This document shows positions 40,797-49,020 of a DNA stretch of 64,000 nucleotides, one piece after another. The stretch's first letter is position 1. Every line of letters begins with the position of its first letter. The stretch covers positions 1,322 to 65,321 of the forward strand of contig CAZNNQ010000006.1 in assembly GCA_964574445.1 (NCBI GenBank), in the 5' to 3' direction. A program made the position numbers and the translations under genes. The notes beneath the pieces were generated by a model, which saw only the letters and a program-made list of their open reading frames with translations, searched no databases and was not told the origin of the DNA. This DNA is from an uncultured Eubacteriales bacterium. Lineage in GTDB: Bacteria > Bacillota > Peptococcia > Peptococcales > SKKY01.

Positions 40797-41471
40797 ATGA
40801 AAAATTTTAGCGTATTTGATATTATCGGTCCGGTAATGATTGGACCCTCCAGTTCTCATACTGCAGGAGCTGTTAGATTAGGTAAAATTGCTCGTGGTAT
40901 AGCTGGTAATGAAACTCCTATTTTAGCAAATATTTATCTTCATGGTTCCTTTGCTGAAACATATAGAGGTCACGGAACTGATCTAGCATTAATATCTGGC
41001 TTATTAGGTTTTGAAACCGATTCTCCGAATATAAAAAATGCTTTTAAATTTGCAGCGGAAGAAGGTTTAACCTTCAATTTTTTTCAAACTGATCTTGGAC
41101 CAGACCAACATCCTAATACTGTAAAAATTTCATTACAGAAAAAGGATGGTTCCGAAATTGCAATTATTGGTAAATCAGTTGGTGGTGGCAATATTGCAAT
41201 AACTGAATTAGATGGATATGAAATATCTCTAAAAGGAGATCTCCCAACACTTTTTACTAAGCATGAAGATATCCCGGGAATTATACATCAAGTCTCCGGG
41301 ATATTATGTGACAATAAAATAAATATAGCTTTCATGAAAGTCTTTAGAAAAGAAAAACGCCTTGAAGCTATAATGGTACTAGAAACTGATGATATAATAC
41401 CGGAAAACATCATTAAACAAATTCAAGATATTCCAAGTATCCTTAGTACTCATTACCTAGATCCAGTATAA
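40797..41471 (+). CDS. sdaAB: L-serine dehydratase, iron-sulfur-dependent, beta subunit (with ACT-like C-terminus)
   Basis: The 224-aa ORF begins VFDIIGPVMIGPSSSHTAGA, typical of SdaAB. Confidence 0.9.
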   Translation: MKNFSVFDIIGPVMIGPSSSHTAGAVRLGKIARGIAGNETPILANIYLHGSFAETYRGHGTDLALISGLLGFETDSPNIKNAFKFAAEEGLTFNFFQTDLGPDQHPNTVKISLQKKDGSEIAIIGKSVGGGNIAITELDGYEISLKGDLPTLFTKHEDIPGIIHQVSGILCDNKINIAFMKVFRKEKRLEAIMVLETDDIIPENIIKQIQDIPSILSTHYLDPV

Positions 41472-41478
41472 GTCTAAA

Positions 41479-42954
41479 CTAAACTCTCTTTTCAAAAGCC
41501 TCAATAATCTTTTTCATAGCTTTTATTCTTCCGTATTTTTTAGAGTTGAATTCAATAATATTCCAAGGTGCATATGAGGTGCTTGTTCTGTAAAGCATCT
41601 CATCCACCGCTACCTTATACTCTTGCCATTTTTCTCTGTTTCTCCAATCTTCCTCAGTGATCTTCCACTGTTTGTATTCTGTTTCTTCCCTTGCTTTAAA
41701 TCTTTCTAATTGTTCTTCCTGATCTATATGCAACCAGAATTTTAAAACAATAGTGCCAAAATTAACTAAACTTTTTTCCATTTCATTTATTTCTTTATAA
41801 GCTCTTTTCCATTCTTCCGGTTTGGCAAGGTTTTCTACTCTTTCTACAAGAACTCTGCCATACCAGCTTCTGTCAAAAATATGGATATTCCCTTTGCTAG
41901 GGAATTCATTCCAAAATCTCCACAGGTAATGATGATCTTTTTCCAAATCATTAGGCTTTCCTATAGGTATTACATTATAAAATCTTGGATCAAATGCTGA
42001 GGTGACCCTTCTTATAAGCCCACCTTTTCCTGCAGCATCCCAACCTTCTAATAGAATCAGAGCTGGAATACCCTTATTATAAAGCTCATAAGCAAGGGAA
42101 CTTAATCTCCCTTGGCATTTTTCCAATTCTTTTTCATATTCATCTTTATCAATATCAAGTGTAAGGTCTACTCTATCTAGGATAGAAGAATTTAAATCTG
42201 CTATCTTTGAATCAAACATTTTTACCCCAGAATCTTCTATCGATACATTGCAATTTTCTTTAAGTTTACTTTCCATTACATTAATCAAAAGCATTAATAC
42301 TTTGATAGTTGCAAACTCTAAATCATTGCCCTCAATAAAAGCCCAAGGAGCATAATCACTATCTGTAGATTCCAACATCTCTTCAAAAGCATTTATATAT
42401 TCATCATATTTTTCTAGTTTTTCCTTTAAATTCTCTTTTAATATCTGAGGAAAATTTTCTTCTCTTTTTAAATCATCTATGCGATTTTCTAGTTTTTTTT
42501 CTGATGTATGAATAAAAAACTTGACTAAAACATTGCCATCTTTAGCTAACTGTCTTTCAAAAGCTTTTATTTCTGGATAACTTGCTCCATTATTTTCTTT
42601 TTTTTCTACTCTTTTCAAGACAATTTCTTTATACCAGCTTTTATCCATTATACTTATCCCACCTTTAGGTGGGGTCTTATTCCAAAATCTCCATAAAAAT
42701 GGTTTGCTCTTTTCTTCCTCATTTGCTTCTTTTATATAAAAAAATTTAAATCCTCTAGGGTCTAGACTTTGAAGAAGATTGTTTATAATTAAAGATTTTC
42801 CTCTTGCATCAAGTCCCTCAAATATAATTATTAAAGGAATATTTTCTTCTCGGTACTTTCTTTGAAGTTCTCCTAGTCTGTAAGTTAGCTCTTCGTATTT
42901 TTCTGCATATTCTTTTTTGCCCATTTTTTTATTAAGATCTATTTTTTCTAGCAT
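41479..42954 (-). CDS. two-domain PPK2-family polyphosphate:nucleotide (AMP/ADP) phosphotransferase
   Basis: The 491-aa ORF carries two PPK2 repeats, each with a Walker-A-like motif (FEGLDARGKS and LEGWDAAGKG) and W.RFW lid motifs. Confidence 0.85.
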   Translation of the reverse strand: MLEKIDLNKKMGKKEYAEKYEELTYRLGELQRKYREENIPLIIIFEGLDARGKSLIINNLLQSLDPRGFKFFYIKEANEEEKSKPFLWRFWNKTPPKGGISIMDKSWYKEIVLKRVEKKENNGASYPEIKAFERQLAKDGNVLVKFFIHTSEKKLENRIDDLKREENFPQILKENLKEKLEKYDEYINAFEEMLESTDSDYAPWAFIEGNDLEFATIKVLMLLINVMESKLKENCNVSIEDSGVKMFDSKIADLNSSILDRVDLTLDIDKDEYEKELEKCQGRLSSLAYELYNKGIPALILLEGWDAAGKGGLIRRVTSAFDPRFYNVIPIGKPNDLEKDHHYLWRFWNEFPSKGNIHIFDRSWYGRVLVERVENLAKPEEWKRAYKEINEMEKSLVNFGTIVLKFWLHIDQEEQLERFKAREETEYKQWKITEEDWRNREKWQEYKVAVDEMLYRTSTSYAPWNIIEFNSKKYGRIKAMKKIIEAFEKRV

Positions 42955-42987
42955 CCTATCACCTCACTGAACTTACTTACCCTTTTT

Positions 42988-43677
42988 TTAATAATTATAT
43001 TTTAAGTCTGAAATAGTAAAGATAAACCATGTGAATTTATTGTCTCCCAAAATCCATGATGCTTGTAATTTAACTGGGATTTTTACCCCATTTACAGTGT
43101 CTGTGTCTAATACTTCTGCTATCCATTCTGTCCTGTTTTTATCCTTTATATCTTTGTAACGATATGAAGTAAACTTACGCAAGTTTCCTTCCTCATCAAA
43201 AGAAAAAATTCCTTTACCTATGGTGCCCATATAATTCATTGTAGCTTCAGCAGTATTATTGTCTATATGCCTCCAGGATATGTATGAACTTAAGGCGGCA
43301 CTTGGAAACCAAATTATTTCTCCCAAGTATCTTTGAAGGGTAGATTCGTTAAGTTTTGGGTCATCTTTTAGATTTACAACAGGTATTATTCCAGCAATCC
43401 TTATCTTCATACTCCCTTTACCTTTTTGAAAAATATCTCTTCCAGATACAGGCAGACCTTTCATCGATGTCTTTAATTCCCAGATAAAAGAAGGCTCATC
43501 AATATTAAATTCTTGCTTAGCTTCTGCATCTGACCATTTTTGATCTGGTTGTAACCTTAGTTTTCCCTTTTGTTTCAAAGATACCTCTTTTATTCTTTCT
43601 TTTCCAATTATTCCCGAGTTCCCCAGCCAGTTCCTAACCGCCACTGGATAGTCATTTACCATTTCCAAAAAAATCAT
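42988..43677 (-). CDS. conserved hypothetical protein (DUF6544-like)
   Basis: The 229-aa ORF has an ATGA start/stop overlap with murI. Its similarity to DUF6544 (..LQRYLGEIIWFPSAAL..) is recalled from memory and has not been verified. Confidence 0.55.
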   Translation of the reverse strand: MIFLEMVNDYPVAVRNWLGNSGIIGKERIKEVSLKQKGKLRLQPDQKWSDAEAKQEFNIDEPSFIWELKTSMKGLPVSGRDIFQKGKGSMKIRIAGIIPVVNLKDDPKLNESTLQRYLGEIIWFPSAALSSYISWRHIDNNTAEATMNYMGTIGKGIFSFDEEGNLRKFTSYRYKDIKDKNRTEWIAEVLDTDTVNGVKIPVKLQASWILGDNKFTWFIFTISDLKYNY

Positions 43678-44432
43678 TTTTGTTTTTGCAAAAAGGACAG
43701 ATATTCTTGAAATTCTTCTTTATTAGATTTTTTCCCAGAGGAATAAAATTCTATTGAACCTGTTCCTTTTTGCATATTCACCCCTTTCAATTTACTAATT
43801 AAATTATTAATTGTTCCAATATTACCATCGATAATATCTATATGTTTTGGTAATACCCTTCTGATTATTTCTTTAAAATATATAAAGTGAGTACACCCTA
43901 AAACCAGAGTACCAAATTCCTCCAACTTAAAATCTTTAATAGATTGAATAATATAATTTTCAACTTCTGTTCCAGAAAACTTTTTTTCTTCTGCAAAAGT
44001 AACTAATGAGGGCATGGGAACGCCTTCTACTCTTCGATCACCACCTGTTATATGCACAAGTTTTTTAAATTTTTCCTCTTTCAAAGTTAGGGCTGTTGCC
44101 ATAACCAATACTTTTTTATCTTCATCCTTCTCAAGGGCTATTTTTACTGCTGGTTCCATTCCAATTACTGGGAAACTATACTTATTTCTTAACTCTTCTA
44201 TTCCAATACTTGTAGCTGTGTTGCAGGCAACTAAAAGTGCATCTATATCTTTTTTATACAAAAAATCTCCAACATTCATAACTAAAACCTTAACTTCTTC
44301 TCTAGTTTTCGTCCCATAAGGAACATTTTCCGTGTCTGCATAATATATAAAATCCCCTTGAGGATATTTTTTAATCCCTTCAGCTAAAACAGTTAAACCC
44401 CCTATACCAGAATCAAAAATTCCTATCTTCAT
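43674..44432 (-). CDS. murI: glutamate racemase
   Basis: The 252-aa ORF contains IGIFDSGIGGLTV, ACNTA and GCTH. Confidence 0.9.
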   Translation of the reverse strand: MKIGIFDSGIGGLTVLAEGIKKYPQGDFIYYADTENVPYGTKTREEVKVLVMNVGDFLYKKDIDALLVACNTATSIGIEELRNKYSFPVIGMEPAVKIALEKDEDKKVLVMATALTLKEEKFKKLVHITGGDRRVEGVPMPSLVTFAEEKKFSGTEVENYIIQSIKDFKLEEFGTLVLGCTHFIYFKEIIRRVLPKHIDIIDGNIGTINNLISKLKGVNMQKGTGSIEFYSSGKKSNKEEFQEYLSFLQKQK

Positions 44433-44506
44433 CTACTATTCCTCCTCATATATAACAACTAAATTTTACTCCTAAGAATTGTTCCTTTCAACTTTTTAAA
44501 AAATTA

Positions 44507-44549
44507 TTGACATTTTTATATAGTTGTTATACTTTATATATAACAGTTA
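44507..44549 (+). promoter_or_regulatory. putative promoter overlapped by a palindromic operator for the GntR/YtrA-type regulator
   Basis: TTGACA lies at 44507-44512 and TGtTATACT ends at 44533 (the spacer is only 15 nt). The inverted repeat TAGTTGTTATA (44521-44531) / TATAACAGTTA (44539-44549) matches at 9 of 11 positions and overlaps the -10. A further half-site, TATATAACAAC, lies at about 44449-44459. Confidence 0.45.
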
Positions 44550-44568
44550 TAACGAATGGAGGAAGGAA

Positions 44569-44958
44569 ATGTTTATAAAAATTGATTTTCAATCAGAAAT
44601 TCCAATATATACTCAACTATATAATGAAATTATTAAAGGAATTGCCAAAAAGGAACTTCTTCCCGGAGAGGCTTTGCCATCGGTAAGAGTTTTGTCTCAA
44701 GATTTAGGGATAAACATGCATACTGTAAATAAGACATACGGATTACTTAAACAGGATAATTTTATACAAGTGCATAGGCAAAAAGGTGTAGAAATTAATC
44801 CCGATGGATTCCCTCCTGCTGATGAAGTTTTTCTTAACAAATTTAAAGAAAATTTAGAGCCTCTGTTTGCTGAAAGTATCGCCAGAGGAATGAATCATGA
44901 AGAGATACTAAGAGAATGCTCAAAAGTTTTTGAGACACTTAAAAAGAAAGGAGACTAA
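44569..44958 (+). CDS. GntR-family (YtrA subfamily) transcriptional regulator
   Basis: The ORF has a winged HTH (LPSVRVLSQDLGINMHTVNKTYGLL) and a short C-terminus. I chose the ATG after GGAGGAAGGAA. Confidence 0.85.
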   Translation: MFIKIDFQSEIPIYTQLYNEIIKGIAKKELLPGEALPSVRVLSQDLGINMHTVNKTYGLLKQDNFIQVHRQKGVEINPDGFPPADEVFLNKFKENLEPLFAESIARGMNHEEILRECSKVFETLKKKGD

Positions 44959-44964
44959 AATCCA

Positions 44965-46074
44965 ATGGATATAAATATTATGTATATAAGTTTATTTGCC
45001 ATTTTCTTATTGCCAGGAATTATGTATGCATTTATGCCCTATCTTACGAGAAAAACTGAAAGCTTTGGGGTCACTGTAACTGAAGAAATCTACAATTCAG
45101 AAAGAATGGTTAAAATCAGAAAAAAATATACTTTAGAAGCACTTATTGCAGTTGGAGTTACTTCTATATTTACAATATTTTTATTTTTTAAATATCCAGA
45201 GCCACTAAATATATACATCTACACTGTTGCACTTATAGTAATGCTTGGTATTCTTTTTCTAATTTATCTAAAATATCACTTTATAGTTAAGAAAATAAAG
45301 GAGAAAGAGGGATGGACCGAAGGGAAAAAACAGGTAGTCCTAACGGACATGTCTTTCAGAAAAAGAAAAATTCAATATTCCAATGTATGGTTTTTGATTC
45401 CCCTAGTTATAACTGCAGCGACTGCTTACCTTACTTACATTAACTACGATCTTATATCAGAGCAAATTGCCATGAACTATGACCTTATGGGTAATCCTAC
45501 AAATTTTAAAGAAAAATCCTTCTTTACAGTCTTTATGCCAACAATAACTCAGCTTTTAATGATCGGACTGTTCATATTTATTAATAATATAATAAGCAAA
45601 GCTAAACAGCAGATTGACCCCGCTGATCCGGAAAATTCTGCAAGGAGAAATGAAATATTTAGAAGAAAATGGTCTGCATTTATTATAGTAACCGGAATAA
45701 TAATGATCATTCTTTTCTCTGTTATGCAAGTAAGTTTCTTTATTCCTATAGAGCCCAGACTTTTGTTTGCAATTACTATGGGAAGCACACTGTTGATTAT
45801 ACTTGGAGCTTTTTATCTTTCATTTACCATGGGTCAGGGAGGCAGCAGAATAAGGACAAGCTTCAATAAAAAGGGAGAAGAAATTGACCGAGATAATGAT
45901 GAACATTGGAAACTGGGACAATTTTATTATAATCCTGAAGATCCAGCTGTATTTATTGAAAAAAGGTTTGGAATTGGCTGGACCTTAAATTTCGGCAGTA
46001 AAAAAGGCTGGATTTACATTGGGATACTACTTATTTTTATTATAGCCAGTCTTTTAACAGAACGGCTCGGGTAA
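44965..46074 (+). CDS. polytopic membrane protein (DUF1648 / SdpI-like N-terminus, DUF5808-like C-terminus)
   Basis: The 369-aa ORF has about 8 TM segments and is probably co-transcribed with the YtrA-type regulator. The family labels are from memory. Confidence 0.65.
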   Translation: MDINIMYISLFAIFLLPGIMYAFMPYLTRKTESFGVTVTEEIYNSERMVKIRKKYTLEALIAVGVTSIFTIFLFFKYPEPLNIYIYTVALIVMLGILFLIYLKYHFIVKKIKEKEGWTEGKKQVVLTDMSFRKRKIQYSNVWFLIPLVITAATAYLTYINYDLISEQIAMNYDLMGNPTNFKEKSFFTVFMPTITQLLMIGLFIFINNIISKAKQQIDPADPENSARRNEIFRRKWSAFIIVTGIIMIILFSVMQVSFFIPIEPRLLFAITMGSTLLIILGAFYLSFTMGQGGSRIRTSFNKKGEEIDRDNDEHWKLGQFYYNPEDPAVFIEKRFGIGWTLNFGSKKGWIYIGILLIFIIASLLTERLG

Positions 46075-46591
46075 AAGCCCCTTCGCTCCCCTCAATTTTA
46101 ATGGGGGGAGCGAAAATAAAATACTCCCCTTCCTCTACACTTATAAGATCAAGATTCTCAATTATACCAATATTCCTTTCCAGCAAAAAGCCATGTACTC
46201 CATTATCACCTATAGTTTCAAGCTCTGTGCCAATTGTCAAAAATCCCCTATTTATAATTTTTTTACTATCCTCTATACTTAATTCAGTTTTTCCCTTTAA
46301 TAATAAAATTTTTATATCTTTCTTAAAATTAGCATCATCTATATTTTCATAACCAGATACAAGGCATTTACCAATAAACCTCTCTAAAGGCAATTTATCA
46401 ACAGAAGCTCCAGAATTAAAATAATGTTTTGGACTATCTATATGAGTTCCTGTGTGTAAACTTGCTTTTAATACTGACAAGTTAAAAGCATCACCTTCTT
46501 CAAGGCTGGCAATTTTTATTAATTCTGGGTCTGGATCACCAGGATAAACTGGGGTTGAAAAGACCCCTTTAGAAATATCAATTATTTTCAT
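46040..46591 (-). CDS. cyclase-family protein (kynurenine formamidase-like metal hydrolase)
   Basis: The ORF contains HTGTHIDSPKH (the HxGTHxDxPxH motif). I chose the start MKIIDIS, which follows GGAAAGAAGG. Confidence 0.8.
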   Translation of the reverse strand: MKIIDISKGVFSTPVYPGDPDPELIKIASLEEGDAFNLSVLKASLHTGTHIDSPKHYFNSGASVDKLPLERFIGKCLVSGYENIDDANFKKDIKILLLKGKTELSIEDSKKIINRGFLTIGTELETIGDNGVHGFLLERNIGIIENLDLISVEEGEYFIFAPPIKIEGSEGAFTRAVLLKDWL

Positions 46592-47450
46592 ACATAAGCC
46601 TTCTTTCCTGAGCCAAATTAAGAAATTCAGTAAAAGCTTTAGTTTCTGAAAGGTTCTTTTTATAAACGAAGACTGTGTTAAGTTCACCATATTCCTTTGG
46701 TATCTTTTTAATTTTAAGATCTTTATTTAAACCCATTTTATCAATTACTGACAAGGGAAGAACCGTGTAACCCAAACCCGCTCTGACACAACCAAGTATC
46801 GCCTCTAAAGATCCGAATTCCAATGCTCTTCTATATTTTATTTCTTCCTTTGACATCCATTTCTGAAACTGATTTCTATAGCTACATCCCTTTTTAAAAG
46901 TAATTATATTGGACTCTTCAATCTTTTCTCTAGAAAAAGGATATCTTCCAACTATAAAAAGCTCTTCTTTAACAAAAAGTTTCTTACTCAAAAAATTTGT
47001 GCTCTCTGTTTCAGCAACAAAAGCTCCCTCAAGATCCCCATTATTTATTTTCTCTATTAATATTTCTGTAGGACCTGTCTCGATAAACAAATCTACTTCA
47101 GGAAAAGCCAGAGAATAATTCATTAAAATTTCTGGCAATCTTATAGCAGCAGTGGTTTCCATAGAGCCAATTTTAATTGTTCCAGAGGGAACATCTTTAT
47201 ATTTGATTCCCTTTTCCGCTTCATCAAAAATAGATATTATTTTTTCAACATATTCCAAAAAATCTCTTCCCTGAGGAGTAAGCTTTACACCGGTTACATT
47301 ACGATAAAAGAAACTTGTACCAAAATAATTTTCCATTTTTTTTATCTTATTAGTTATTGTTGACTGAGCAAAACCACTTTTTACACTGGTTTTTGATATA
47401 TTTTCTTCCTCTGCAACCATTTTGTATATTTTAAGATCATTTATATCCAT
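46578..47450 (-). CDS. LysR-family transcriptional regulator
   Basis: The ORF has an N-terminal HTH (ISKTSVKSGFAQSTITNKIKKME) and a C-terminal substrate-binding domain. The alternative start at 47465 cannot be excluded. Confidence 0.85.
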   Translation of the reverse strand: MDINDLKIYKMVAEEENISKTSVKSGFAQSTITNKIKKMENYFGTSFFYRNVTGVKLTPQGRDFLEYVEKIISIFDEAEKGIKYKDVPSGTIKIGSMETTAAIRLPEILMNYSLAFPEVDLFIETGPTEILIEKINNGDLEGAFVAETESTNFLSKKLFVKEELFIVGRYPFSREKIEESNIITFKKGCSYRNQFQKWMSKEEIKYRRALEFGSLEAILGCVRAGLGYTVLPLSVIDKMGLNKDLKIKKIPKEYGELNTVFVYKKNLSETKAFTEFLNLAQERRLMYENN

Positions 47451-47565
47451 AATTATCCATCCCATCTGTTTTGTTGATATAAAGCATCAGATATAATCAT
47501 TTTACATGATACCTTTTTCTGTATATTATTATACTTATCAAAAAGATTCAAGAGGGAGCATTACA

Positions 47566-48726
47566 ATGATCTTAATTAGAAAATACAAAGCCTTGCTTGC
47601 AGGGACATTTACACTTTTAATAGTTATGGGATTAAGCCGTTTTGCATATACTCCTATCTTTCCCATGATGCAGAGAGAGCTAGGTTTTACAGATCAATTT
47701 GCCGGTTTTCTTGCTTCCATTAATTACGCCGGCTATCTTCTTGGATCTGTATTTGCAGGATATTGGAACTGGAAAAACAGTCGTGCCAGTTCTCTGAAAA
47801 TCTATTTAATAATAAACTCTTTATCTATAGTTCTAATGGGTATTAGTGATAACTATACATTTTGGTACTTTTTAAGATTTATAGCTGGATTAACTGCTGG
47901 GATAATCTTTGTATTAATTTCAAGTATTATAATGGACTATCTTACAGAAAAAAACATGACTCACCTTACAGGATTTTTTTACGCAGGTGTTGGTACCGGA
48001 ATCTTTTTAGGAGGCATTTTCGTTCCTTACTTGGCTGACTTCTTTGGTTGGCAAGGTACATGGTATGGTGTTGGTGCTCTTGCTTTTCTTCTCACATATT
48101 TTGTATCTCGCTGGGTTCCTGATGAGAAAAAATCAACAAGCAGTGCTCCCGCAAAAATTGAAAATAAAGAACATAAACAGATTTCACTGCCCTGGCTTAT
48201 AATCGCATATACCGCTGAAGGTATTGGATATATAATCAGTGGAACTTTTTTAGTTGCAATAGTAAGTAATATTCCTGGCTTTAACTCCCACTCTGCATCT
48301 TTGAGCTGGGCTTTTGTAGGACTTGCTGCCGCTCCTTCATGTATCCTCTGGGTAAGGCTTGCAGATCATTTTGGTAAAATTCCTATGCTAAAGCTTGCTT
48401 ATATAATTCAGATTTTTGGTATATCTTTACCATTAGTATTTCAAAATAATATCGGCGCTTTTTTAGGAGCACTGCTTTTTGGTGGAACATTTATGGGGAT
48501 TACAACTTTAAGTATTGCTACAGCTAAGATTCTTTTTCCTGAAAATAGCTCCAGAATTATTGGGCAACTGACCTTCTTTTACGCAGGTGGGCAAATTATA
48601 GGTCCAATTGTTGCAGGTTATCTTACAAAAAGTACCGGTAATTATAATTCGTCAATAATTTTTGCATCAATCGTATTAATAATTGGGGTTATTTCCCTTA
48701 CTCTAGGAGAAAGGAGGAAAGCTTAA
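47566..48726 (+). CDS. MFS transporter (YbfB/YjiJ-like)
   Basis: The ORF has 12 predicted TM segments. I chose the start after GAGGGAG. It is transcribed divergently from the LysR gene. Confidence 0.8.
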   Translation: MILIRKYKALLAGTFTLLIVMGLSRFAYTPIFPMMQRELGFTDQFAGFLASINYAGYLLGSVFAGYWNWKNSRASSLKIYLIINSLSIVLMGISDNYTFWYFLRFIAGLTAGIIFVLISSIIMDYLTEKNMTHLTGFFYAGVGTGIFLGGIFVPYLADFFGWQGTWYGVGALAFLLTYFVSRWVPDEKKSTSSAPAKIENKEHKQISLPWLIIAYTAEGIGYIISGTFLVAIVSNIPGFNSHSASLSWAFVGLAAAPSCILWVRLADHFGKIPMLKLAYIIQIFGISLPLVFQNNIGAFLGALLFGGTFMGITTLSIATAKILFPENSSRIIGQLTFFYAGGQIIGPIVAGYLTKSTGNYNSSIIFASIVLIIGVISLTLGERRKA

Positions 48727-48929
48727 TGCCATATGTAAACATTAAAATAACAAAAGAAGGTGCGACACCAGCACAAAAAGCCGAACTAATTAAAGGTGCA
48801 ACTCAACTTCTTGTTGACGTACTAAACAAAAATCCAAATACTACAGTTGTTGTAATTGACGAAGTTGATACTGATAACTGGGGAATTGCTGGAGAGACAG
48901 TAACAAATAGAAGAAAAGAAGGAAAATAA
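48726..48929 (+). CDS. 4-oxalocrotonate tautomerase family enzyme
   Basis: The 67-aa ORF begins MPYVNIKI (catalytic Pro1 after Met removal). It overlaps the MFS stop codon (TAATG). Confidence 0.85.
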   Translation: MPYVNIKITKEGATPAQKAELIKGATQLLVDVLNKNPNTTVVVIDEVDTDNWGIAGETVTNRRKEGK

Positions 48930-48945
48930 AATAACAATAATATAA

Positions 48946-48994
48946 CAAAAAGGGATAATCCTCCATAAGGGGAGATTATCCCTTTCTTTATTTT
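48946..48994. terminator. bidirectional intrinsic terminator between the tautomerase gene and glyS
   Basis: The stem AGGGATAATC...GATTATCCCT is flanked by A5 and TTTCTTTATTTT. Confidence 0.8.
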
Positions 48995-49020
48995 AGATTT
49001 TTGATAACTTCGAACAAATG

